Shown: positions 49,756-63,881 of the stretch, piece by piece | How positions within the stretch are numbered: position 1 is the stretch's first letter | How the letters are laid out: each line of letters opens with the position of its first letter | Origin: Antedon mediterranea | Taxonomy: Eukaryota > Animalia > Echinodermata | Direction of reading: 5' to 3' | DNA length: 64,000 nucleotides | Assembly (NCBI RefSeq): GCF_964355755.1 | Contig: NC_092673.1 | Location: forward strand, 20,891,648 to 20,955,647 | Notes under the pieces: model-generated | What the model was told of the DNA's origin: nothing | What the model saw: only the letters and a program-made list of their open reading frames with translations | The model's database searches: none | Made by a program: the position numbers and the translations under genes

Positions 49756-52700
49756 ACTGATGGACATTGGAATTGATTAAACCATACTAATAATAATATT
49801 TTAGCAGGGAAGAGTGATAACAAAATGTAGTTTTATCTGGAAGACCAAAGATGACAAGTTTTACCTACTAGATCTATAGTCATTCTGCAATACCAATACC
49901 GATTATGTGACTTTATTCCTTTATTTCTAACTATTTTAAACATACACCGGCAATCTTGGTGATACTTCATCTTGCCCTTATTAAGAAACAACTTTCCAGT
50001 GTATTATGCGCCTGAAAATAGCCTTCTACACTCAGATGTTACCACCTGACGTCTATTAATGTAACTAATGTGAACATTTGACAACTACTGTTGTGACCTT
50101 TAAACACATTTTGTATCACCAGTCAAAATGAAATAACCTACTCATGTCTTAAGTTGTTTCTTGTTTCATTGTCCTGATTAAAACCTGATTATAAGGCCTA
50201 ATCAGTTAATCTGTATTCTCCTCCTTGCAGCTAATGTATTGGATGTAAGCGGCAGAGAAACGTTCGTATATACTTTAGTTTTGCTCAGTAATTTTTCCAC
50301 AACAGTATGGTCCTTTAAGTAGTGCTAATTATTGTTAACTAATATTGAGGTCAGTTCAAGTTATAATATGATAACTGTATCTGAAATCTATAGCCTCATT
50401 ATGAATAGTTTATACAATAGTGAATGTGTTACGGCTTGCTACCCGCCGTCTAGATGTCCTTACCTATACCCGCCTCTTACTCTATGCAAACCCAACAAAC
50501 CAATATTAATAGGTAGCTGAATGATATTTGTACAATGAAGATATATTACAAAAGCTAGACATTGCTGTACAAATATGGCAAGATTGGTGGTTTTGTTACC
50601 GGAGGTAGATCGAAATAGATTGCTTTTAATTGCAGCAGCATCCATTTATATCCAAATCAACGTATTCATTGTACAGTATCCCATCATGCATCTATACGTC
50701 CAAACTATACACAATTTATATACTTTTTTATTTATTTATTTATTCGGGTATAAAACTTACAAAAAGTAGCCGCAAGGCTAAAAACATTTACAAAATTACT
50801 GTACAATTTACTTACATAACAATAAAAAGAATGTAATAAAAATGATATAAAAAGTACAACAATATCACTCTGTCTCTTTGGCTATATGAACTATTTTTTA
50901 GCATATTAATTATTGTAGGGATGGATGCATTTTTAAATCTTTCCGTTCTCGGTTTGTATTGTTGATATTTGATTGTTCAAAAAAATGTTAAAAATCGATG
51001 TTTTTTAGCTTATTCATTAATAGTTTAAACATCTAACGAATGATAGAAATAATTTATTTAAACCATATTGAATTGAATATTGCTTCCCTGAAGCGAAGCA
51101 AACTCAAAATTCGGTTTCTTTGATTATCCCATTCTTACTAATCAGGCACGACCCCTGATTGATCCAATCTTTTGTAACATTTTTATATACAACATTGCCA
51201 AAATATTGTATGAAAAATTTAATTTTTGATAAACCAAATTATCAAGTACTCACTTGCTACTTTATTTTTTGTTAAAATAGATGGAAGATTTAACATTTCT
51301 TTGGCTTAGGCTTACCTTTCTTTGAATCAGTGGTAGGCCTACTGTATATATTAATAACCAACCAACTCGTCATACTTTGCCCTATATAATCTCCGTTAAT
51401 TAAAATGAAAGAGAACTAATAGCAGCTAGATAAGCGATCATGTTGCAGGCCTAATAGTTCAATTGAGGCGTTTAGTAGGGTTAATAATACTACAGCTCTT
51501 TAGATCAACTAATATTGACATGTCTTAATATTATTGCTGCCGAGGGTCGATGTCTTTGATTGTATTTGACGATATTGCAATACAATACGAATCGTGACTG
51601 TAATCAACAATATAATAGCTATGTTATGGTGTGGGAAACTTGTAAGCCAGTATGTAATATCATTAATACTATTTTACTATTTCTGTAATACTTCATCTGA
51701 CCCTATTTAAAAACAAAATTATTGTTATTATTATGGCTTTTATTTCGTATCTTTTTGCAATAAAAAATTGTGAAAAACATGTCTGTATCTTTTAATTCTA
51801 CAGAACAACTTGCTAAGGGACCCTCCCACATGTTTTTTCTCTACTTTTAGTTAATACATTAGGCAAGACTAGTGCCTTTAGCAAACTTAAGCAACAAGAT
51901 CTCTCGTCTTACATAAGTTGTGATATATTTCAGACGCATGTTGTTCATATGAGTCAAATTCTTGACTCATAATTCTGCAAACGCGTTTCTGAATACATTC
52001 TAATTCTTTAGTTTGTGCATCAGTTAATGCGAAATGCCACACAGGGTAAGCACATACAGTGAAGTATTTTTGTATAGGCCTAGCGTATATAATAATTCAC
52101 AGGCTGAAATAATATATACACACAATCAATATTATGTAATGTTATTAACATTAGTACCATGGTACTTATTTCGAATGTTGTAAGATAAAATAAATTTCAT
52201 TTTGTTTACAACATCAATTAACTGATCTATAATTATATAACTCTGGTTACCAAGTCAACTGACTTCATTAGACTGATATTACAATAGGTCACTGTATAAT
52301 GTTCATCTATTTATAGAAAATAACTTGGTATCAACAGATAGCGATCTTGATTTCAAGCATTCGTTTAAGTTATTGAGTTAGTTTTAACATAGAATTAAAT
52401 ATGCCTGTTTGTAGTAGGCATATACAGGTATATATTTGATTGCTTTATCAAGCTTTAAATATTTTGTAATAATTCTATTTTCACTGAAATAAAACGTAGT
52501 CCATGGGCCAGACATTTTATTCGGTATCAAATTGCTATCATACATTTTTGTAAAGCTTAGTATGTGTACTTTTCAGAAATCCATGATAGCAATGCCAATT
52601 GTACAGCTTAATAGTAATTGTTGAGGATTATATAGCACCGCCTACGGAAAATATGAACAAATGTTGGGGTAGCAGTAATGTTTTTGCTAATAACTTGGGA

Positions 52701-54053
52701 TTTAGTGAACAGATTTGCATTTTCTTGGTATCAGTATGTAGTGTATAGATTGTTCAAATGTAATATTTTGCTACTCGGAGACTGCGGCGATTAACAAACT
52801 CATAGAATACTAAATAAAGATGCATATAAGTTCTGGCTTAAATAGTTTATTAGTAAATGAACATTCACCCATGTAAAACTGCACATAAAAGTCATAAGGA
52901 AATATAAGTTATATATAGCAATAATTTTCCAATTCTAAGTAAGCACAACAGGGAATTTATCTAAGTAAATCCAACAAATATTGACGCCGTTAGAGGTCAA
53001 AAGGTCATTGAACTTTATTAAAAAATGATTTTTTTTTTTAAATATTAACTTTTAAAAAAGACAATACGATTAAAATTCATCCGCACATGTGGTGTTAGTA
53101 TACAATATATAATAGTATATTAATATAATAGTACAACCTTGGTAAACGGCTACCGAAAATTAGAAAATTAAACCAAATGTTGTTTGGTGGTCACGGCCTA
53201 CGTCTTCGTTGGTGCTATATTAATACATTAAGCTGCTAATTCCTCTAGGTTAATTTCAGAAAGTGGTGAATTTAGAAACTCCAGTTGGCGTTCACATATG
53301 TCCAGAATTTAGTCAATAACCTTAAATTGTTTCAGTCGCGACGATACAGATTATTAGCATTACAGTAGACTGGATAACTAGATTGCGGGATAAAGCCAAA
53401 TTGGTCACTCATCTCTGTAAATCAACAATGTGGAAAAACAGTGCGAGCATGCCTGTATGCTCTGCTAGTTAAGACGACGTATCTTCTTGATTGATTAAAC
53501 TGTGCGTTTGTTTGAATAGATAGGCATTTTTAAAATACTATGAAAAATAAAATGTGTTGTAAAAAAAATCAGATAGATTAATATAGGTAATATAACTTTA
53601 ATTTTACGTTTCTGGTGTTTTTATTCAACTTCATATTTTATGTTTGTGCTAATAATAGCAAAAATTATCCACCATATACCCACCGTCTTTTTTCACTTGC
53701 TAGGGAGTCAATAGACATGTGGTATTACATTAGGTTAAACTACCTTACTACTGAAAAAAAAAGTCTATCTGGTTTTTATAGCAGAATTTTTCCGAATTTT
53801 GCATTTTACTAATTTAGGGGAAATTTTTCATGTTTTTTTTGTCATGATGTATTGGTAATTAACCAAATGTCTTATTTAAAATGCATGCCTGTACCTGAGC
53901 TTTAAAGTTGAAAATATGAATCTGTACATCAGGTACTCAACTTAATTGTACAAGAGACGTTTTTACTACGATGTCTGATATTAGGATGACTATAACGAGG
54001 CATTTAATAAAAAGGCAAATTGCCTTAAAATGTAAATGTGACAGAGAAAGAAA

Positions 54054-55745
54054 GAGAAACTATTCTCATCATCAGAACAGTAAACAACGCCTGGAGTGCT
54101 TATATACCAATAGGACATATTGTATGTAAATAAGTAAGTAATTAGCATAATAAAACAAGAAATGTAGGCAACAACCAATCATATGGCAAGTGTGACGCCT
54201 AAGTTATAGATTTGTTTGTTCAAGGAAGGTTTACTCCACGAGATGTGGAGGGCTTCCTTGACCTTAAGTTTGAAAGCGGAATCTGCAAAATCCAGAAAGG
54301 TGAAGCAACCCGCATTAGCGAGGGCCTTATACACCGTTCTGAATCCTGCAGATGTTGAAAAATGTGAGAAGCCTTGTCCCTGAAATGTTTACGCACCCGC
54401 ATTGATAACCGTCTATTGGTTTCACCAATATACATGGAATTACATCCCATACATTTAAATTTATATACAACACGAGAGCGGAACACATCAGGGATAGGGT
54501 CTTTAAGACTAAACAAGTTTGGAATTTTGAATAATTTGAAAGCTAATTTAATATTAATACCTTTGTAATATTTACGTGTAATTTTGTCGATTCTTTGTTG
54601 TGCGCATTTGGCAAACTGTAAGTAAGGTAATTTAAAATAAAGAACCTTGTTTTGTTCAATAATCGACTCAACTGACGCAACATTGCAAGGAGAAAAAATA
54701 TTACTAAGATATCTGTAAATATTGTCATTAATTATACTGAGTGGAAAACAGTTAATTTACTTAAAATGGTTTTAAGGGTTGAAATGTCATTGTTAAAGCT
54801 AGACCAGGAATTATTCAATTTGTAAACTCTGTCAATCAAAGTACGAACAAGCCCAATTTTGTAAGAAAATGAAGTGAAACTGTTAAAATTAGTGAGGAGA
54901 CCCGTGAAGGTAGGCTTTCTGAAGACCGAAGTTACGACAGAAGAACCATTATTGTTAAATTACATTATATCTAAAAATGGAAGACAATGGTCAATCTCAT
55001 ATTCAATTGTGAACTTTATGTTGGGGTGCTGATTGTTAATATAGTCAAAGAAAGTACATCATCTTTTGTATTGAATAAACAAAAAATGTCATCAACATAA
55101 CGACGGTAAAACATGACCGAAGCTTGTGAGAAGTTCTTTAACCATGTTTGTTCATGATGACCCATAAATAAATTGGCTAAAACAGGTGCAAGTTGGGATC
55201 CCATTGACACACCGTCTATTTGATCATAAATATCACCATTGAATATGAAATTGTTTTTTTCCGTAGCAAGTAAAAACAATTTGCGTAAATCGCCTTTGTT
55301 TAAGCTCATATTATAATTGACATCATAAGTGATATAGTCAACAGCAATGTCAATGCATTCAAACAGGGGGATGTTCGTAAACAAACTAACAACATCAAAT
55401 GACACCATACATTTGTGCGAAGTGTCAACATGTTGGATTTCCTTCACAAATGTGAATGAATCAGTCGCCACATATTGATTAGGTAATACCGGAATAAGTA
55501 ATTCGCATAAAAATTTCGCCAGATTATAATTGACAGCGCCAATAGAAGAAACTATTGGTCGAAATTTAGGTGTGGAATTGGGAGGACGGGTTTTGTGCAT
55601 CTTAGGCAAGCCATACATCCTAGCGGGTTGTGAACCATTGGGATACATTTTCTTATAAATTACTTGATAAATTTTCCCATTACTTTTTAATTGTCTCTGA
55701 TATCCTGACAATGATACTTCTCCCGGGATTCTTGCTCCCACTTAG
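54054..55745 (-). mobile_element. Penelope-like retroelement (RT plus C-terminal GIY-YIG), 5'-truncated and frameshifted
   Basis: RT motifs YGLPKMHK, RPIVS, SFDVVSLFT, GVSMGS, YRRYVDDIF; thumb HPNIKFT...LPFLD...FRKPT in another frame; endonuclease VVYKFKC..C..YIGET.R.L..R at 54220-54516. Confidence 0.92.
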
Positions 55746-55767
55746 ACATTTTAGAAATGAAAATAAG

Positions 55768-56391
55768 AATTATCATATATCATATCATTTATTTCGCCAA
55801 TATACAGAACAGTACAAAAAAAAAACAATACAAAAGTAAGTCAATGAGGCCGGATAACCTAAAAGTTATAAATAAAAATAACCGTCGAGAGGCTCTCCAC
55901 ATCGAAATACTTACATAAAATGAATAATACATGGATTCTATTAAAATTGAGATAAAACTATAAAATTCAGCAATGGGTTTTTATAAAAAAATTGTTAATT
56001 TAAAAAGATAGAATTAAGAAAATATCTTTAAAATATACATATGTTCAGATTAAAACAGATTATTAAAATATTTCTTAAGGCTATGCTTAAAACAGTTTAT
56101 ATTAATTAAAAGTTGGTCGCAGAGATCCGCAGCAAGATCTCTAAAATGTCTAACAAAAAAATTAAAGACAGAGTTATGAAATAAATCAGTCCGGGCTATA
56201 AAATTATTGCGCAACTTAAGGTTATTAACATGTCTGCAATTAATAGATAAATATTTAAAAACTTTAACATCATATAATTTGTACATACATTTGGTAACAA
56301 AATTAATACATAAATAGCTAATTCGATTTGTTATGCTTATATTGTGTCTATCCAAATGTATACCGGTATTATAAGTAACTGTTAGCAGCAT
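55768..56391 (-). mobile_element. CR1-like LINE 3' fragment
   Basis: ORF2-like C-terminus ARTDLFHNSVF...FKHSLKKYF*, then UTR, AATAAA and an (ATGAT)n tail. Confidence 0.7.
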
Positions 56392-57879
56392 AGAGGATAA
56401 TATATGTTTTACTAAATAATTGATAATTGATTGAATGTGAGTTTCAGTTTGGAAGGTGAAGAAAATGCATCAATAATTCGCGCGTGTACCCAGCAATATC
56501 AATTGAATTAAACATAAAATATATATACCGTGCAATCTAACTTTACATTAATAATTACAGATTTTTATAAGTAGTTGGTGTGAAAATGAACTGACGGTGA
56601 TGACGTGTCATTCAATGTATGTCTATAATATTGTTTCGCTGTTTTTTTTAATATGTGTACCTGGCACACTTCTGTCGAATTATTGTATCAAAATATAGCC
56701 ATTTATAATGATTTTTTTTTAACCACTTCATTGCTCATGCAATATTATTGTGTGTTGATAGAGCACACTAAAAGGAAAATAACTTTTTAATTCGAGGTCA
56801 TACAAGTGATACCTTGCATAGGCCATTTACAACACTGATAAATAGTTGCAAAATTGCATTTTTTTTTCGGGTCCCAGTAAGTTTATTTGATAATTTAGAA
56901 CATGTTTTTAAAGATTTTTTATTTGTCTAGCAGCACATCTGTGTAACTTTCATTTAGTAGTGATCAACATTCTGTGGTATATAATTACATTAGATGTAAT
57001 TGTGAGACGTGGAATCTGACCTCAGCTCCCATAAACGGCTGCTACAACAAGATTTGTTTATTAAATTATTAAATGTTGTATTTAATGTCAAGGTAAAGCT
57101 TAATCGCACTATGACGTAAAGGGGCAACGCAAGTAATTTGACCAATCAGGACGCGGTAGACGATCCGTGTTGCGCTTACGCCCTCATTCATATATAGTGA
57201 AAATCATACAGTATACAAAGAATAGGGTGCATGACAAGCAAAAAATTATGTAGTTAATAGTAGATCATATTCAAATTAAGCTTTCTAACGTCAATATATC
57301 TTACTATCCTAATATTGATAGTGAAATGGATAAAGAAGGCGTGCAATTATATTGTTTATGGTTTTTTTACCGCAATTCCATATTTCATGACAATGATGGA
57401 AATGCTCTCATAATTGCCTTGTAGACCATTACTGTTAACCTTTCTAATATTCTACCTCGTTGCATTATGGGATCTGTACATTATGGTCCAGTAATAATTA
57501 CAGTTGGATGCATTTTACTGAGAGTTATTGAACTTCATCGCAATTAATCTTTCTTTATTCTTATAAACACAAATTTAACGATTGCAATTAAAGGTTTATT
57601 TTGTGATAGAAAATGGTACTACTGAAACAATCTGTTATTGTTGTTGACCACTTTGAGTAAGAAATTCATTCACATAATATGCATTGTGACATTTGAAAAC
57701 ATTTGGAGTACATTTTCTTTAGAACTGTATACAATTTCAGACGGATTTAAGAAAAATAGCCAAATTACAATGTTTTGCAAAAATAGGCTCAGAGCTTTTA
57801 ATGGCGTCATCCTACACTCCCCACACCAACCTCTTTGCTTAATCCAAAAACCATGGGCTGGTTATATTACTTTTTGGCC

Positions 57880-58478
57880 ACGCTTTTCTTTAAATAATTT
57901 AAAAACCAATTTTGCCTTTGTATTCGCAATAATCTAAATTAGTAAGATAAACTCGTCGTTCAAAATTTCAGGCGCCAAAAATATGGAATAACCTACCACT
58001 ACTGAAATTAAATATTCCACAACAATTGCTTCATTCAAAGCTATAAGATATCGATCTCATATTTTCTCACAAAACTTAACATTTTATTTCCTGTTTTTTT
58101 TTGTATTATTATTATTTTTAATAATATTAATTTATTTTAATCTTATTTTTTATATATTATATTCTAATATACAATTGTTACTGATATTTCTCTAATTATT
58201 ACTAGGCATTTTGTACTGCAAATATCAATACTTTCATGTGCTGTTTTGTCATGTACCGTAACCTGTAGTCTTGTTAGGGGGTCAAGCTTAAAGTATCTTA
58301 CTTATTTGACCTCCTTTCACACTTCTTTGTTCTTTTTTAAAGTACAAGTATCTTTATACATTTTTTAAAAATTAGTTTGATTACCTTATTGTTTATTACT
58401 ATGATACCTGTTATCATTGTTTCATATAACTTGTACTATTTTTGAAGTGTAAAAAAATGAATAAAAGAAAGAAAGAAG
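57880..58478 (+). mobile_element. L2/CR1-like LINE 3' fragment
   Basis: Degenerate KFQAPK/IWNNLP/EIKYSTTIASFK, AT-rich UTR, AATAAAAGAAAGAAAG tail. Confidence 0.65.
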
Positions 58479-59774
58479 GACAGGACTACAATGCAACACA
58501 GGTTTTCTTTTACCTGACTGTATAAAGATGTTGTTAAATAAAAAATAAATAAAAAATAAAAAATAATAGGCCTAATTAACGTCATCAGGCATTTTTAGAA
58601 CATTATTTTACAATCGTAAGGAGTGAGTTGCAAGTCATTCAATGCATTTATTATTGGTATTAAGCCTTATTAAAGGCCTATATATGGACATGATGATGTA
58701 ATATTACTTCCATATTTGAACATATCACTACCATATTTAGGCACTTCACACTTTTTTTGTCAAACTAGTTTGATAGTGTAGACAGAGCTTAAGAATTATT
58801 AACTTCAATATCTTGAAAATGAAAGATAATTTCAAGTTAATTTATCGCCTCCCTTGTAATTTATTCTTACATAATAATAATTTATCGTTATGGTAAAATG
58901 GATTTCTCATTATTAATACATCGTATAGCGTCATGTATCAAGATCATGGACCTTAAATCCCGGATCTAATTCACCCTCTAGTTTGATGGCAATCGTAATT
59001 TCGTTTATTGACTAAAATATGATTAATCTGTTTAAATAGGTTAGTGGTATCCCAAGGCTTTGTTATAAAAATAATTCTTTAGATATCTTTAACTGTAATT
59101 TCTCTCAATTTAAATGTATTATTAATGAAATTATTTAAATAATCTTATTTACATTTTTGTATATATTTATATTGGCTTATATTTTATAGTTTAGTTATTT
59201 TATTTTCAACCTGTTATTGGTGTTTTACACGGTTGGCTTGAAATAAAGAATAAAGAATAAACTATAATAATTATTAGTCGGGAAGATCATTTCTGAAATC
59301 TTCTTAAAACAATAATCATGTTGAAACGTTTTGCTTCTCGGGATTTGAAACCAAACCTACGTTAAAAATCACCACCAATTAAGTAGTAATGTAGAGGCCT
59401 ATTGGTTTCCAAGAACAGTACAATGTATAAAACAGCATAAAATATGAATGAAAATAAATACATAGAATAATAGAAACATTAAACTTGAGAAATTAAACAT
59501 TGAAATTAGTGGTCCCTTGGGTAATGTTATTATTATAATATAGTTCATTGAGCATTTTAACCTTTTGTAGCCTGATTCCAGAAGCCTTTAAATCGATACC
59601 TTGGTTGAACATCTGAGAGACCATCTAGACGTTGTATAATGGGCGGTACCAGAAGGGCAGCCGACAGGTACCGAACCCAAGATAAGATAAATCTTCCCAT
59701 CTACGTTAAGATGTATGTCTTCATACACAATAGAATGTGTCATTTTTATGTCTGAAATTATATTTTAAACTATA

Positions 59775-60230
59775 AGTGTTTAGATCTTAAACATGTATTT
59801 TGTACCCACTTTTCCACACATTTAGCCTTAAACATGTTTAGATATGAAACATGTTTAGGTTCTAAGCACATTCTAAACATGTAGTATGTATCCAACTCAA
59901 CACAGTGATGATTGTTAAACATGTGGAGCAATAATAAAGACACGCTTAGGTTTTAAACGTGTTTAATTTGCCGTGTGTGGAGCTTTTTTCCGCCACAGTA
60001 AAAGCGTCAGCCTATATGCACGCACGCTAAACACGTACCTATGTTGCTATGTTAAAAATATGTAGAAATTGAACATGATATTGATTTCTAAACGAGTGGA
60101 GGAAACAACATGTAGCTATAAAAACGTTTACTTTTTGAACACGCTAAACATTAACTATGTGTTTAAAAGATAAATGTGTGGGAAAAGTGCGTACAAAATA
60201 CATGTTTAAGATCTACACTATTTTTACATT
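59775..60230. mobile_element. EnSpm/CMC-like MITE with long TIRs
   Basis: AGTGTTTAGATCTTAAACATGTATTTTGTAC.CACTTTTCC.CACATTT is mirrored at 60170-60219. Confidence 0.8.
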
Positions 60231-60918
60231 GTATAAACTGGCGTCTCCGTATGTGTGCGGTTTTGAACATTATTTCTTATCACTGCGCCTATTCAGAGTT
60301 ATTCACAATTTTCGGCATGTTTTAGTCACATTCTGTATACCGTTACCGGTAACTTTTCACTGAAACCAAAATAATTACCGTACATTTATAACTTTGTACA
60401 CTTTACATACATGTCACATTTTATTTATTTCCACGTTTTATTTTGTGAAAAAGGGCTTGTAAAAATAGATTAGATAATATCTACAATTCAATACATTGTA
60501 TAAATCCTCTGACAACATAAATAACACTCATCTGTTACCCTACTCTGACGTATTTCGAACTAAGATATATGAAGACTTAAACCTAATTCAAGCTCCAAGC
60601 AAATTAGAAGTTTTCGACCTTCAGGTTTACACTTTTTAAATCTTGTTGAGCCCAGAGGGGAGTTACTGCCATTGTTTTACAATTGAAATGCTTTGGTAGT
60701 TTTTTTATAGCTATACAGGTTGAAAGTTGATTCAGTAATCTGTTTGTAGTTGTAGTTGTATGGTTGTTGTGGTTGTACTAACATGACCATTGAAATTATG
60801 TAGTGTTGCTTTTTAAAGTTTGATTGAAAGATATCATATTATTTTAAAAAATGAAAGTAGAATATGTGATATTATTAGTAGGTGGTGTTGCGCTTCTCCT
60901 CTCCCCATCCATTATTTA

Positions 60919-61485
60919 TGCTTGGTTCCCACTTAAGCTTGGTTCCCACTAAAGCTTGATTCCCACTAGAACGTAACGCAAGGACGTAAACGCAACGCAA
61001 GCGTTTTAACCAATGACAATGGAACGCAACGCAACCTACGCAACGTTAGAAAATGCCCTTCCAATAATTGTGTTTGCCCCCGCCTGCGTGTAATCAAACC
61101 CGCGATGTTTGCAGCACTATATATTGCGTCGTCGGTTCCCACTTGTGGTTACGCAATACACCACTTTGCGTCCATACGTCGCTGCGTTACGTTGCGTTCT
61201 AGTAGGAACCACGTTTTAATCACAAGTGGGAACCGACGACGCAATAGTGCTGCAAAAATCGCAGGTTTGATTTCACGCAGGCGGAGGCAAACACAATTAT
61301 TAGAAGGGTATTTGCTTATGTTGCGTAGGTAGAGCGTTACGTTGCGTCACTAGTGGGAACCACGCTTTAGGATGCAACGACGTAAGCGCGACGCAGGAAA
61401 TTTGACCAATCACGATCATACGAACCTGTCATTTGTCAACTTGCGTTGCGCGCACACTCTTGCGTTTCGTCCAAGTGTGAACTAT
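60919..61485. mobile_element. Nested stack of GGTTCCCACTAG-family MITEs
   Basis: Three consecutive left TIRs at 60920-60970 and successive right TIRs at ~61200, ~61350 and ~61475. Confidence 0.75.
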
Positions 61486-62154
61486 AATACTTTAGACCTC
61501 CAATAACCATGTATATCCATCAATCATTTTCATTTCATAAAAAATAAAGACCATTAATGTACAAAGCAGCAGGTGATACTGATTGTTTTGACAATCTTTA
61601 CTCCGCCTTAACTTAGCACTGAGTAATGGATATTATACCGTATACACCCCCCTGAAAAGACTATCATTTATCAATGATAAAAACCATACCAAGGTCCATA
61701 CTTTATATTTTTCTTAAAACCAGTAATCAATCACCCGAGAACGTGATTTCAAGAATCGAACTCTGCTCACAATTGCCAACTTCTTTTACCCAAATTAATA
61801 AAGACACTGATGATATTTTTCCAACAATAACAACCTTCTTCACATTCAATGGTTAATCACAGTTTCCATGACAACGGAACGCTTTATTGTAATTGTGCCC
61901 TCTACGACAGTGGTCTATTCACAGAGGTACATTTATGAACAATGCACCGTCCGATTAAATTTTTTCATGGTAAATTAAAAATGATTACTATTTTTAATCT
62001 TGAATATCTAAAGTCCTTGGTTCTCATGTACTAAGTAAACGATAAAATGATAGTTGTGCCATTGAATTAAATAAGCTACAATTTCAATCCATTAAGTGTT
62101 TGTTTTCATAATATGTTCCACATATACGAAGATTATACAACGTTAAATACATAC

Positions 62155-62263
62155 GGGTTTTTTTCTACGGAAGTGATTAACTTTATTAAAACTACAAAAT
62201 AACCTATTCAAAGTCTGATTTAATTAATCTTCATTTTTTATGTTTTTGGAGGACAATACATCT
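62155..62263. mobile_element. Kolobok-like MITE, right-end fragment
   Basis: Matches the right arms of the 4408 and 20558 copies, ending GGACAATACATCT|TTAA. Confidence 0.75.
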
Positions 62264-62649
62264 TTAAACATTAAATGTTTAACTAACACTCTAGTATGAA
62301 TGTTTTAGTAGAAGGCATTTACTTTTTATATTACCAGTATTATTGACATACAAAGTATTATTTCTTCAGGCCTTAATTAATGTCTATAAAATAAACCAAT
62401 AACACAGTCCAGAATTATATAAACCATGGTATCTAATATGGAATGATTTAAGTCAATCCTTTCTAAATTATAATAACTTAAATACATTCAAGTATAATTA
62501 TAAACAATTCCTTTTATCACAATTACAGATCCCATTAATTAAACTTTTTTTCACTTCATGCAAATAAATATGATAGTACATGTATTACACCTTACCTTAC
62601 GTTTGTCCTCGTGTTGTGTTTGGGTTTTCTGTAGCGTAATTGTGTGTTT

Positions 62650-62984
62650 TTTTAATATATATTTTTATATTGATTGATTGAAATATATATTTATACTGGG
62701 TAACCTCTTCAGTCAAAGACTGGTCTCCCAGAGGGCCCAGTTGGTGATCAGTGGCTGTGATGTACTAATACACCGGGGTAACCCCCTACTCGTCTCGAAA
62801 GATGTACTAGGTTCTTTAAAGTGCACACGAGCAAGTTGTGTACACTGGACCTACGGTTTATAGTCCTTATCCGAGAAGACTCGTTCTACCACCAGAACCA
62901 TGGAGTGAGTGAGCCTCGAACCCCTGCCGATGTTATGGCTACGTGATTACGGTTCCACTGTCTTAACCGCTCGGCCACTCACCC
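62650..62984 (-). mobile_element. tRNA-derived SINE, copy 2
   Basis: Highly similar to 10215-10520; A box TGGCCGAGCGG and B-box-like GGTTCGAG. Confidence 0.85.
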
Positions 62985-63538
62985 ACGATATCATTACTAT
63001 ACTACTTGTCTGATCTTAAGTTAAGATGAAGATTTAAGTATTGTTTATTTTTATTTGATACAATTATTATTAGTAGTTATTTTGTTATGTTAAAGCCAGG
63101 CTTAAAGCTCTCTTTTCCATACTTTGCGTCTTTATTTAATACTTTAAATTATTCTGTAACAACTTATCAAGTGTGATGCAATGTGAAATAAAACGAACGA
63201 ACGAAAATTTGTAAACTAGAGGCTACATATATTATGTAAAGACATTTTTCAGCTTCCACAGAAAATGGTTTATTCTTTTGAGTTCGTTCGGCTTGATTAG
63301 ACCGTGTGCATGGCGGAGTTTTCATTTACGTTTACTAAAAACGGAATATTCTTTACATGTGAATCGATTGTATTTTGATGTACGCGTGTACATGAATTAA
63401 TATAATTATTAATTTAACCATGGATAAATAACTTAATTTGCCATGTTTTAGCATAAAGATGAAATAAAAACATGGTTCTTTTGATAAAGTAGGCCTAAAT
63501 GTAAATATAAATACATTTATTTTACAGTTTGATATTAG

Positions 63539-63881
63539 ACGGTATAACATTAAAGGGTACGGTAGCTCCACGAAAAGCAGCTTGTTGTTCCCACTAGGAC
63601 GCAGCGAAGGACGTAAGCGCAACGCAAGTGATTTGATCAATCACAAGAGATGGATTATTCGAACTGTCGCTTGCCATTGGTCAACTAGCTTACGTTGCGT
63701 CACATCCTCGCGCTGCGGCCTGGTGGGAACGGTATAACATTATAGGGTACGGTGGCTCTGCGGAAAGCAGCCTCGTTGTTCCCACTAGGACGCAACGAAG
63801 GACGTAAGCGCAGCGCAAGTGATTTGATCAATCACAAGCGATGGATTATTCAAACTGTCGCTTGCCATTGGTCAACTCGCT
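63539..63881. repeat. ~190-bp tandem duplication of a MITE plus its flank
   Basis: ACGGTATAACATTA.AGGGTACGGT at 63539 and 63729; the second unit is interrupted by another MITE at ~63882. Confidence 0.85.

Noticed and set aside
50231-50248. Possible second exon of the D2-like gene after a good acceptor (CTCCTTGCAG)
   Set aside because: Reads LMYWM* with no ECL1/TM3 (W..G...C, D, DRY) motifs.
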